Source of the DNA: an uncultured Lachnospiraceae bacterium
Lineage (GTDB): Bacteria > Bacillota > Clostridia > Lachnospirales > Lachnospiraceae
DNA: 64,000 nt
Direction of reading: 5' to 3'
Assembly: GCA_902770965.1 (NCBI GenBank)
Contig: CACXUY010000014.1
Location: 1,841-65,840, forward strand
The notes beneath the pieces are model-generated. The model was given only the letters and a program-made list of their open reading frames with translations. It was not told the DNA's origin and did not search any database. Within the stretch, counting starts at the first letter, position 1; every line of letters starts with the position of its first letter. Positions 37,044-45,799 of this stretch are shown here, in pieces. The translations under genes were made by a program, and so were the position numbers.

Positions 37044-37511
37044 AATCTCTCTGTGCTACGTTCCCGTGGCAGCTATACCGTCATCGACAAGATCACGGTC
37101 AGTCTGAATATCAAGCGCGATGTCTATGAGGCCGAGTTCTCCAATCTCGGTCTGAAGGCTGTGCCGATTTCTGACGAGTACCCGGATTTGGTGCATCGTG
37201 CAGTTGGATTACGAATACATCGAAGAGGATAAGAAGAACGGCAATCCCATTCAGATTCGGAAGCTGACTCCGATACAGCTTTCCTTGACTGTATGCACTG
37301 CTATATTCCCGGTTGGGAGATTCCAAAGTTTTGTCCGGAGCATTTCACGAATGACTACGGATTCATTACGGACTACCTCGCCGAATATATCCGGGAGCTG
37401 CGGAAGGAACAGTACGGCGATGCGCTGGCTCACTACTTCCACCTTGGAAAAAATCTGAATCAGCGCGACACCATAGCCGTGCGCAGGATAGTTGTATTAA
37501 ACGTCAAATAA
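37044..37511 (+). pseudogene. brxL: remnant of a brxL-type (BREX Lon-like protease, TIGR02688) gene
   Basis: Three frame-shifted pieces. They read VIDKITVSLNIKRDVYEAEFSNLGLKAV (N-terminal region), VQLDYEYIEED...PIQIRKLTPIQ, and DTAFLDCMHCYIPGWEIPKFCPEHFTNDYGFITDYLAEYIRELRK...LGKNLNQRDTIAVR (C-terminal region). The AAA+ core and both gene ends are missing. The match is from my memory of BrxL sequences. Confidence 0.5.
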
Positions 37512-37528
37512 ATAATAGGGGTGGCAAG

Positions 37529-39217
37529 ATGGAAGAAAAAACGGTTTACAGTTATCACACCTTTCTATATCCCTTTTTGTGGAATGACATAGATGGGAAT
37601 CACAGTATTGATGTCTTTGAGACAAAATTAAAACTGGAAAGTGCAGGCTGGTCTCAGGATGATATGGTTTCTAAAAAGAATGGTGAAATTAATCTGACCA
37701 GTGTTGTCAATAATGAGTCCCAAGATGAACAACGACTGGATTATCAGACATTTCAGTATTTTAATCCGGCTGCAAGAAAAGCTCTCTTTCGGGAAGATGG
37801 AGAAATAGTGCATGGTTGGAAGTATCGTTCGGGTGACGTACATAATAAAGCAGAATATAAGATATTTGAAAAAGGAAGCGATAATCCATATGTTTTGAAT
37901 ATAAATCATATCCGTCTCAGACTTTTCAATACCGGTGTAGGGATACTTGTGTTTGAGTTGGAGTACCCTATGCCGAACGAGGGAGTAAAAAAAGCACGGC
38001 AGGATATCAGAGCGATCAACGAGCTTGGTAGAAGAGTTTTTCCGGAGTTCCTTCCTGAACAGCCAGAAATTTTCATGGGAAGCCTTTTTGCCACGAGAAT
38101 AGAAATTGTTGTTGATGAGAATCATTTTGAAGAGAATTTGTACTGTCGTTCGGGGTTGCATGGAGAACAAAGCTACCTTAGAGATCCGTTGCATAAGCAG
38201 AGTTTTTTATTTACGCTTTTAGGCTATGATAGCAATAGTACAATCTCTATAACACCAGCTGTGGATGATAGGATGTTTGTCTGCTGCTGTATAATGGATC
38301 CGGATTATACAGAACATTTTTTATATCGTTCGTATCAGGATCCGTCTTTAGAGAAGACCGAATTATCGGAAGAAGAAAAGAAATTTAGTATGCAAAATAA
38401 GCAGCCTATGTTTCTGGATAACTGGGATGTTGGTACGGAATTATATGCATTGACCAATATTGATTATAAAGATAGCAGTTGTCAGAATCGGGTGATGCTG
38501 AACCAATACTTTGAAGATCAACTATATCTTAGGTGGACTGAGATCGGGTATAGCACGATTTATTCGGTGACAAACCATTCGATGATATGTTTGACCGGAG
38601 ATAGGAAATATGTTACTGCGCCAGTTGTTAATCCTTTCTTGATTGAATATATCCAACTTTGTATATTGGTTCTTGCTCAGAGGGCATCTTTGATAGCCTT
38701 TGATAGCAGAATTACAGAGGCTATTTCCAGGGATGACGAGAAAGAGATTATCACTGACAAGTTGTTAACATTATCCAAAGATTTTGCTAAGTTTCAGGGG
38801 CAAATCCTGATTCCTGAGGCTACTCCTCAAATACAAGGTATAGAGCTTTATGGAAAGCTGCAGAGGATGCTCTTTATTGAAAAACTTCAAAATAACGTAC
38901 TCAGTCAGATGAGCAGTCTTTCTGGAATGGCTCAATATGAGCAGGAACGAAGACAGCAAAAAATGGATAAAGATCTTGAAGAACAACAATTTAAGACAGG
39001 CTTATTCTTCAACGTGATAGCAGCGGTTACGATAGTTTCGGTTCTGATTGATTTATTTAATTATATAGTCTGGTTTGTTTCTCCTCATGATGATATATGT
39101 CTTCCATCATGGTGGATAATGATGATTATTGATGTTATATTGATTTTAACTGTCGCGGGAAGAAGTATAAGCTTGATCCATGATAAAAAGAAGAAGGAGA
39201 AAGAGAAGGATGAGTGA
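37529..39217 (+). CDS. corA: CorA-like membrane protein, candidate type III CRISPR accessory effector
   Basis: 562 aa. It has a large soluble N-terminal region and a predicted long helical segment (KLQNNVLSQMSSLSGMAQYEQERRQQKMDKDLEEQQ). Two TM helices sit at the extreme C-terminus (GLFFNVIAAVTIVSVLIDLFNYIVWFV; WWIMMIIDVILILTVAGRSISLI), followed by a KKKKEKEK tail. There is no GMN motif. Its stop overlaps the cmr1 start. Confidence 0.6.
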   Translation: MEEKTVYSYHTFLYPFLWNDIDGNHSIDVFETKLKLESAGWSQDDMVSKKNGEINLTSVVNNESQDEQRLDYQTFQYFNPAARKALFREDGEIVHGWKYRSGDVHNKAEYKIFEKGSDNPYVLNINHIRLRLFNTGVGILVFELEYPMPNEGVKKARQDIRAINELGRRVFPEFLPEQPEIFMGSLFATRIEIVVDENHFEENLYCRSGLHGEQSYLRDPLHKQSFLFTLLGYDSNSTISITPAVDDRMFVCCCIMDPDYTEHFLYRSYQDPSLEKTELSEEEKKFSMQNKQPMFLDNWDVGTELYALTNIDYKDSSCQNRVMLNQYFEDQLYLRWTEIGYSTIYSVTNHSMICLTGDRKYVTAPVVNPFLIEYIQLCILVLAQRASLIAFDSRITEAISRDDEKEIITDKLLTLSKDFAKFQGQILIPEATPQIQGIELYGKLQRMLFIEKLQNNVLSQMSSLSGMAQYEQERRQQKMDKDLEEQQFKTGLFFNVIAAVTIVSVLIDLFNYIVWFVSPHDDICLPSWWIMMIIDVILILTVAGRSISLIHDKKKKEKEKDE

Positions 39218-40556
39218 TCATCATAATTCACCATATTGTAGGTTAGTAGAACTCCGGCAGTATACTCCTTTATTACATTTTCAGGGAGATACAGAGGGAG
39301 CTTGTTTGCGTGCATCAGAAGTGAAGCCAAAGCTGGATCGTTTCGTGTGGGATTATCTTAACAGAAATCAAATCAGCATTCCGGAAAGTTGGCAGCTTAA
39401 GAACATGGATGAAGAGTCTCCATATGAACCAGCTTTACGATACAAGATGCGGTTTATGGGAAATATGAAGAAAAGAGAAGATAAGAAACATCTTCTTTAT
39501 TTTGCGCAGAACATGGACGGTACTTCAATAGCTTTAGAAAGCTTATCTAATACCAGGATGACGATTATTTCTCTGGTCAAAGATCGTTTGGGAACAGACT
39601 GTCCACTTTACAATAATAAATATTTGGAGAATCCCACTATCTGTGAGTTGATTGACGCATTACTTCCCGCATTCTTCTGTCTGCATTGTTTTGGAACAAG
39701 AAATGGAAAAGGCTTTGGAAGCTTTGAAATCGTAGGAAGTACTATAAGCGATGAGGAGATTGATTACTATAAAGAACGAGATTGTATGAAAGTATACCGT
39801 TTGTCATCCAGTCGAAATTCATATTCGGACATGAATTGTCTGGATGATATTTATGTCCTTTCGGGTATGATGAAGGGCGGTTTTAATCGTCCATATTATA
39901 AAGGAGATATTCAAAAATATCTATGGAGAGAGAACATAGGTTCAGAAAAATCGTTTATAAAGCAAGAGATATTTCCTAATGAGACGGTAAACAACACAGG
40001 AGAATCATTATTGGACTGGTATAATAATGATCTTTGTGGGGGAAGAAATCATAGACCTCAAAAGGTATATAAAAACAATCAATTTCTCCGCGCCATGTTA
40101 GGATTAACTGATCACTATGATTATTTTTTCTACAATAGAAATTTGAAAAAACGCGTAGTTAAAACGATATGGGTAAAGTCGAAAAACAGTGAAATAACAC
40201 GTTTTGCGAATCCTATCCGCTTTAAGCCATGTTCTGGAGGTTTTCGTATACTTGTATACAGGATACCGAATGCGATGTTAAACAAGTCGCAAGCATCGGA
40301 AGACAATGGTTTTGAGTTTTCTTTTAGTTCCAAGCAATATACGCTTTATACACCAGAATTTTTTGATCTTGTGGCTTTTATGCATTATTTCCTTTCTCCG
40401 TTTCACGATAATAAATCGAGAAAGTCGCATAATTGGGAAGCGTTAAAAGATAAAAGTTATCAGCTGTATTATGGCAAAAATAATAGCCAAACTCGGTTTT
40501 TTAATGATACCCTTGATAATCTCCGGATCGCGTATGGATGGGAGGAATCCATATGA
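39210..40556 (+). CDS. cmr1: type III-B RAMP protein Cmr1 (divergent, long)
   Basis: It is the first gene of a cmr1-cas10-cmr3-4-5-6 order. It has YTPLLHFQGD...LRASEVKPKLDRF, the G-rich loop FGTRNGKGFGSF, and RFANPIRFKP. ATG 39210 lies inside ATGAGTGA, overlapping the upstream stop. Confidence 0.6.
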   Translation: MSDHHNSPYCRLVELRQYTPLLHFQGDTEGACLRASEVKPKLDRFVWDYLNRNQISIPESWQLKNMDEESPYEPALRYKMRFMGNMKKREDKKHLLYFAQNMDGTSIALESLSNTRMTIISLVKDRLGTDCPLYNNKYLENPTICELIDALLPAFFCLHCFGTRNGKGFGSFEIVGSTISDEEIDYYKERDCMKVYRLSSSRNSYSDMNCLDDIYVLSGMMKGGFNRPYYKGDIQKYLWRENIGSEKSFIKQEIFPNETVNNTGESLLDWYNNDLCGGRNHRPQKVYKNNQFLRAMLGLTDHYDYFFYNRNLKKRVVKTIWVKSKNSEITRFANPIRFKPCSGGFRILVYRIPNAMLNKSQASEDNGFEFSFSSKQYTLYTPEFFDLVAFMHYFLSPFHDNKSRKSHNWEALKDKSYQLYYGKNNSQTRFFNDTLDNLRIAYGWEESI

Positions 40557-42199
40557 ATAAACAGTATGTAGGTGTTACCATAGGCCCCATTACCGATACA
40601 TTGATGCTCACTTCCTCGCCTGCCGGTCTTTGGGGTGCAAGTTATCTCTTCTCGTGGATTAGCCGTAGATTGATTCATTATTTAGTGGTTGATTATAAGG
40701 TTGAGCAGAGTCGATTTGTAGCCCCCTTTTTCTCAGTGAAGAATAACGAGATCTTTCTTCCTGAAGAAAATGATATCGATTATGAGGATATGTGGAAAAA
40801 GGGAATTGGCCTGTTTCATGATCGTATAATATTCTGTTCAGATAGTTTAACAAACCCACTTGAAATCGTTGCGAAGGCCAGAGAAGCTGTCATTTGCGAA
40901 CTCACAGAAGAAATAGCTAGAATAGAATCTAAAACAGAATCTACGACAAATAAGAAGGATATATATGAGTGGCTGGATGGTTATATACGGATTTATGCTG
41001 TTCAAAGGGAGAGCGCATCTCCACTACTAGATTTGGGTGCTGATCTAAGTGCAATGGAACTGGAACCTCATTTTTTCGGGCTTGAAAAGTATAATCATCT
41101 TTTGGGTATTTTTGAAAATATAATTCCTTGCGATGAAAATCATTCACATATGGAGCTGGGGATGAAAAATAAGCTGATGAAGCAATTCCTGCTCTCTCAT
41201 CGTGATGAAGATGCCTGGGTGCTTTATGATAATAATCATATGATAAAAGATTTACAGGATATCGCAGCGAATGGTGCAAATCCTGTAATGAAACACACTC
41301 AGTATTATGCTGTGCTGAAATCAGACGGAGACAGTATGAGCAAGATACTGGAAAACTTGATTGACGATGAAGAAGTCCGAACCTATAGTAAAAAATGCCT
41401 TGGTTTCTGCGCAAAGGCTGCTCAGCAGATATATAAATACGGCGGTGTGCCTCTTTATGCGGGTGGTGACGACCTGTTGGCTCTTTTGCCGTTAACCGGC
41501 ACGCACCCTGAAAATCATGAGAAATGTACCCTTTTTGGCTTAATAAATTATATACGCACATTGTTTAATGGGGTGTTTAAAGAGGATAGAGAAAGATTTA
41601 ATGGCATGCCGACGATATCTTTTGGTATCTCAATACAATTCTATAAAAGCCCGTTGTTTGAGGCACTGGAGCGAGCAGATGGATTACTGTATCGTGCTAA
41701 ATTGGGATTAAAAGATGCATGCTATCTGCATCTGCAAAAACATAGTGGACAATCTGTATTGTTTACCGAAGAACGTCTTAATTACGTTAATGAAGAAGGC
41801 GACAATTTGATTTCCGCTTTGGACAAGTTGTTAACAAATACGAGAATCGGTGATATCAATAATGACGATGCTGTTCTTTTTCTGTCTGGTCTAGGATTTA
41901 CATTGGAACAATATAAAAATTTGTTTTACCTGGCTATCGAAAAGACAAAGCGAACAGATGCGATTTTAGAGAATCTGTTCGCTAATCTCTTTAGCAATGT
42001 GGATCAAAAACAATTTGAACCTTATATAACCGAAATAAAAAAATTGACAGTGCAGCTCATCAGAAAGAATAGTGAGAATGAAGCAAAGGCAAAAAGAAGG
42101 CAGAATGAAGCAAATCAGGGCGAAGGAGTTATGTCTCAGCTTCAGGCCATAATTCGACTATTGCATTTTATGAGAGAGGGGGGAGCAGAGAAAGAATGA
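40553..42199 (+). CDS. cas10: Cas10/Cmr2 large subunit lacking the HD domain
   Basis: It starts directly with the Cmr2 block YVGVTIGPITDTL...GLWGASYLFSWI. It has YYAVLKSDGDSMSKIL, the cyclase motif LYAGGDDLLALLP (GGDD at 41462-41473), and ISFGISIQFYKSPLFEALERADGLLYRAK. It is only ~548 aa with no HD-type N-terminus. Confidence 0.8.
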   Translation: MNKQYVGVTIGPITDTLMLTSSPAGLWGASYLFSWISRRLIHYLVVDYKVEQSRFVAPFFSVKNNEIFLPEENDIDYEDMWKKGIGLFHDRIIFCSDSLTNPLEIVAKAREAVICELTEEIARIESKTESTTNKKDIYEWLDGYIRIYAVQRESASPLLDLGADLSAMELEPHFFGLEKYNHLLGIFENIIPCDENHSHMELGMKNKLMKQFLLSHRDEDAWVLYDNNHMIKDLQDIAANGANPVMKHTQYYAVLKSDGDSMSKILENLIDDEEVRTYSKKCLGFCAKAAQQIYKYGGVPLYAGGDDLLALLPLTGTHPENHEKCTLFGLINYIRTLFNGVFKEDRERFNGMPTISFGISIQFYKSPLFEALERADGLLYRAKLGLKDACYLHLQKHSGQSVLFTEERLNYVNEEGDNLISALDKLLTNTRIGDINNDDAVLFLSGLGFTLEQYKNLFYLAIEKTKRTDAILENLFANLFSNVDQKQFEPYITEIKKLTVQLIRKNSENEAKAKRRQNEANQGEGVMSQLQAIIRLLHFMREGGAEKE

Positions 42200-43368
42200 A
42201 ATATTGGAAAATAACCCTAAAACCTTTAGATGCTTATTTCCTGGGAGGGGAGCGAAATGTATTTTATCAAAACAATCCGGTACAACGTTCCGAACGAAGA
42301 CCTTATTTTATTCGTTCCAATCATATGATTTCACAGTCCGCTGCGTTTGGAGTACTACGATATCTAGGTATTCATAGCCCAAATGCTAATTATCGTTTGT
42401 CGTCTGAGGATATAAAAAATATAGGAGACAGAAGCTTTAGCATCACACGAAACCAACAAGGATACGGTCGCATATGCAGTATTTCCCCCGTGTTTCTATG
42501 TGATCAGGAAGGTAAACGGTACGTAGCTGCTCCGTGTAATCGTGTTAAGGCTGATTTTGAATGCTGCTATGATAAAGAGCATCCAAAGATGCCGTTTGTT
42601 TCCTTTGAAGCCTTCCGACGTGTAATAACCATGGATGGTACACGGTATTTACCATCTGAGTATAATGAGAAAAGGGCTTGTGACCCATCAGATCTGCTAT
42701 GCTTAGAAACAGGTGACGTCATATCATCCCCTTTTTCTACTCAGATACGTACGGGAATCAATAGAGAAAGTCAAAAGCTAAAGCAAAATGGAAATCTGTC
42801 GGACGATAATCCTAGTGGTTTCTTTAAGAAGGAATATATTGTTCTGGATAGAGACTATTCCTTCATGTTTTATGCTGAAACAGAAGATGGTTTTTTTATT
42901 CACCGTGATACAGTGGTTTACATAGGACAGGGAAGAACGCCTTTTTCTGCTCATGCAGAAGATGCACAGAAAAAGTGGGATATTGATTTACCGGTTTGTT
43001 GCCGACCGTCAGTTGGAGCAAAATGGGAAAGCGCAACGGTAATTTCTGACATGTTCTTTGATGGGCATATAAAAGAACTAAAAAGGCTGTGCTCATTGAT
43101 GATTTCATCTATCAGGGATCATCGGTGTATGGAAACAAATTACTCGGCAGAAAATGCGGGCAACCGATATAGTAAAAAGGAAGCATTAAAACTGATACCT
43201 GCCGGTAGTGTGTTTTTGTTTATGGGAGACGATAACGGTAAAGAACCGAAGGATCAGCTTTGTCATTTTCGAAATACGCTGATAAAAACCCGTTATTGGG
43301 ATAGCGCTTTGCGCGCCGGCTTCAATTATGTACTATATAGCGATATTCAACAGAATGGAGGACAATGA
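42196..43368 (+). CDS. cmr3: type III-B RAMP protein Cmr3
   Basis: ITLKPLDAYFLGGERNVF...SQSAAFGVLRY (Cmr3 N-terminal pattern), ISPVFL, and its position after cas10. It has an ATGA overlap with cas10. Confidence 0.7.
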   Translation: MKYWKITLKPLDAYFLGGERNVFYQNNPVQRSERRPYFIRSNHMISQSAAFGVLRYLGIHSPNANYRLSSEDIKNIGDRSFSITRNQQGYGRICSISPVFLCDQEGKRYVAAPCNRVKADFECCYDKEHPKMPFVSFEAFRRVITMDGTRYLPSEYNEKRACDPSDLLCLETGDVISSPFSTQIRTGINRESQKLKQNGNLSDDNPSGFFKKEYIVLDRDYSFMFYAETEDGFFIHRDTVVYIGQGRTPFSAHAEDAQKKWDIDLPVCCRPSVGAKWESATVISDMFFDGHIKELKRLCSLMISSIRDHRCMETNYSAENAGNRYSKKEALKLIPAGSVFLFMGDDNGKEPKDQLCHFRNTLIKTRYWDSALRAGFNYVLYSDIQQNGGQ

Positions 43369-44171
43369 TTATGTCAAATATACTGTATAGGTTAACATGC
43401 CTTACCAACCTTCATATGGGGAGCGGAGATATAAACTATGATGTGATAGACTTGGAAGTAGAGCGCGATCCGGTATTAATGGAGCCAACAATGAATGCTA
43501 GCGGTGTCAAAGGTGCCCTTCGGGATTATTGTAAGAAAACTATGTCTGATGATGATTTGCTGTTTGTATTTGGCGGCAAAGCAAAAAATGATGATGATAA
43601 CGGAGCTCAAAGAAATAATCAAGGGACACAGCAGGGGTTTTACAATTTTTTTTCCGGAGATATGTTGGCTCGTCCTATAAGAATATCTGAAGGAGAAGGG
43701 GCATATCTGCTTGCTACAACGCCAGATATTCTCAAAACGCTTTTGCGTAAATTACATGCGTTTGGGTTTTGCATCGGCTATAATGAGAATGATATTCCGG
43801 CTCTGCCGCAAGATGGTTCTGTACTATCCCCGGTAAATATCATAAGTGTTGAAGGACAAAAAGTTACAAATGGAACGTGCGCATATTTATCTGCTCTTCT
43901 TGGATCTGACCATTGGGTTTTGATGAGCAGTCAACAGTTAAGGGATATTGATCTGCCGGTTTTAGCTCACAATGTATTGGAGGATGGTATCAGCAAGAAT
44001 CTATGGTATGAGCAGGTTGTTCCTCATGAGAGTGTTTTCTTGCTGATCATATCAGGACTGGAAAACGACGATAGATTAAGTAAGACGTTAACTAAAAAGT
44101 GCATGGTTCAGTTTGGCGCGGGAGCTACCACTGGAAACGGTTATACCTTGATGGAACAACTGGAGGTATAA
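43365..44171 (+). CDS. cmr4: type III-B backbone RAMP Cmr4
   Basis: CLTNLHMGSGD...VIDLEVERDPV...ASGVKGALRDY (RAMP motif with candidate catalytic Asp) and the C-terminal G-rich loop FGAGATTGNGYT. Confidence 0.75.
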   Translation: MIMSNILYRLTCLTNLHMGSGDINYDVIDLEVERDPVLMEPTMNASGVKGALRDYCKKTMSDDDLLFVFGGKAKNDDDNGAQRNNQGTQQGFYNFFSGDMLARPIRISEGEGAYLLATTPDILKTLLRKLHAFGFCIGYNENDIPALPQDGSVLSPVNIISVEGQKVTNGTCAYLSALLGSDHWVLMSSQQLRDIDLPVLAHNVLEDGISKNLWYEQVVPHESVFLLIISGLENDDRLSKTLTKKCMVQFGAGATTGNGYTLMEQLEV

Positions 44172-44175
44172 ACAC

Positions 44176-44601
44176 ATGAACAAGAAATTAGTGAATGAAC
44201 TCATTCCTTTAGCATATCAGGAATTAGATTCAGTAGGTATTGCTCAGAACGGTGAGATCTCAAAGGGCTTTCGTGGCCAGATTGCTTCTTTTGGTGCAGC
44301 AATAGCCACAGGGTCTTTGCTGGCGGCATCGGCATTCTTTAATGATCAGGGCGGCTCTAAGAGTGAACGCCATAAGCTAATGGTGGCCATTAACAATATG
44401 TTGGCTTACAAGGATATGGAGAATGGTTGCTTAGTACAAAATCAAGGAAATACCTTATTTGATACTGTAAAAATATGGATGAAGGCTCACAATGGTTCTG
44501 ATAGGGAGATTAAAGAAAAAGTGCTTTCGTGTGCCATAGCCTTAAAACTTGCCATGAATCTTTACTCACTGAAACCAGAGAAAAAGAATAAAAAAGGCTA
44601 A
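44176..44601 (+). CDS. cmr5: type III-B small subunit Cmr5
   Basis: 141 aa and helical. FRGQIASFGAAIATGSLLAASAFF resembles the Cmr5 core. It lies between cmr4 and cmr6. Confidence 0.65.
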   Translation: MNKKLVNELIPLAYQELDSVGIAQNGEISKGFRGQIASFGAAIATGSLLAASAFFNDQGGSKSERHKLMVAINNMLAYKDMENGCLVQNQGNTLFDTVKIWMKAHNGSDREIKEKVLSCAIALKLAMNLYSLKPEKKNKKG

Positions 44602-44622
44602 TTTTGCGGAGGAGGATCATTC

Positions 44623-45540
44623 TTGAACCAGCATTATGAATTTTGGGTAAAATACTATGAGAGGTTGATAGAATCCGATACTGCATTTGCTGAAGCGCTT
44701 AATATTAATAATGAAAATTTGACGAAACGCATTTGGAAAACAGGAAATCGGGAAATCCTTCCGGGATGCAATGAAGAACCCTTCTCTGGCTGCAAACATC
44801 TACGATTGGAGGTGAATTATCCTGGCTTGTTAGTAGGCATAGGAAACGCTCATGACAGTGGGAAGAAATTTGAAGATAAAGACAAAACCGACAGGACAAA
44901 AAAGAAAGATAAGAAAAAGGATACACCAGAAGAAATAAAACTGGGAATACTATTAGACTCAGTAACCGGTTTGCCGTTTTTACCTGGAAGCATGTTGAAG
45001 GGGATATTGCGCTCGGCATTCTTATATAATGTTGATTATATTAAAGATTTGCTTCAGTATATAGATTCTTCTTTATTGCTGACCGCCGAACAGGTAGAAG
45101 AATTAGAACTGGATATTTTCGGACATCAACACCCTTGCCATAATTATGAAACCGATATCGAAGCAGGGACAGGAAGAGATGTTTTTTTTGATGTTTATCC
45201 AATTCAGCCGGATGGGAAAAGTCATCTGATTGGTATAGAAAACATCACATCTCACCGTGCTAAAAACCGTAAGCTCGATGGCTTAACAAAACTCAATCCA
45301 CTTACGCTGCTAAAGATTATGCCGGGAGTAGTGCTTTTGTTTAGGTTTTATCTGAATGATACTGATTTAAAAGATGGAATCAGGATTACAGCAAATCATA
45401 AATTAAATCTTTTTAAACAGATACTGCTTGATTTGGGCGCTGGTGCAAAGACAAATGTGGGCTTTGGCGTGTTGACAGATACGAAAAACCCTGAGGAAAC
45501 GGACAAGTATTATTATCTGGAAGAAATGCACAGAGATTAA
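44623..45540 (+). CDS. cmr6: type III-B RAMP protein Cmr6
   Basis: GLPFLPGSMLKGILRSAF, DIFGH, DVFFDVYP and the G-rich loop LGAGAKTNVGFGVL. The TTG start is 7 nt after GGAGGAGG. Confidence 0.75.
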   Translation: MNQHYEFWVKYYERLIESDTAFAEALNINNENLTKRIWKTGNREILPGCNEEPFSGCKHLRLEVNYPGLLVGIGNAHDSGKKFEDKDKTDRTKKKDKKKDTPEEIKLGILLDSVTGLPFLPGSMLKGILRSAFLYNVDYIKDLLQYIDSSLLLTAEQVEELELDIFGHQHPCHNYETDIEAGTGRDVFFDVYPIQPDGKSHLIGIENITSHRAKNRKLDGLTKLNPLTLLKIMPGVVLLFRFYLNDTDLKDGIRITANHKLNLFKQILLDLGAGAKTNVGFGVLTDTKNPEETDKYYYLEEMHRD

Positions 45541-45564
45541 GAACTAAAATCATCATTTAGTAGA

Positions 45565-45594
45565 AACCTCCTGGTCCATCTCAGGAGGTTTTTT
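45565..45594. terminator. bidirectional terminator between cmr6 and the convergent DUF3791 gene
   Basis: AACCTCCTG (45565-45573) pairs with CAGGAGGTT (45582-45590), then TTTT. The same hairpin recurs at ~48962-48990. Confidence 0.65.
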
Positions 45595-45799
45595 CTGATA
45601 CTCTCTTATAATAATCCCTAAAATAATCCGGTCCCTCTGCCCAAAGTGCTGAATCGAAATCGAGCAGGCATTCGTAAGCTTTTGATTCAAGGACTTCTTT
45701 TCTGATTTCGTCAATTGGTTTTCCACTTTCGGCGGCCATATCTTCAATAGCAAGGGCTAATGTCAGAGCAGCGCATGTATTCATTGTTTCATATGACAT
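45581..45799 (-). CDS. DUF3791-like small protein
   Basis: 72 aa. It lies downstream of, and overlaps, a DUF3990-like gene, which is the triad arrangement I recall from Clostridia. Confidence 0.5.
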   Translation of the reverse strand: MSYETMNTCAALTLALAIEDMAAESGKPIDEIRKEVLESKAYECLLDFDSALWAEGPDYFRDYYKRVSEKTS

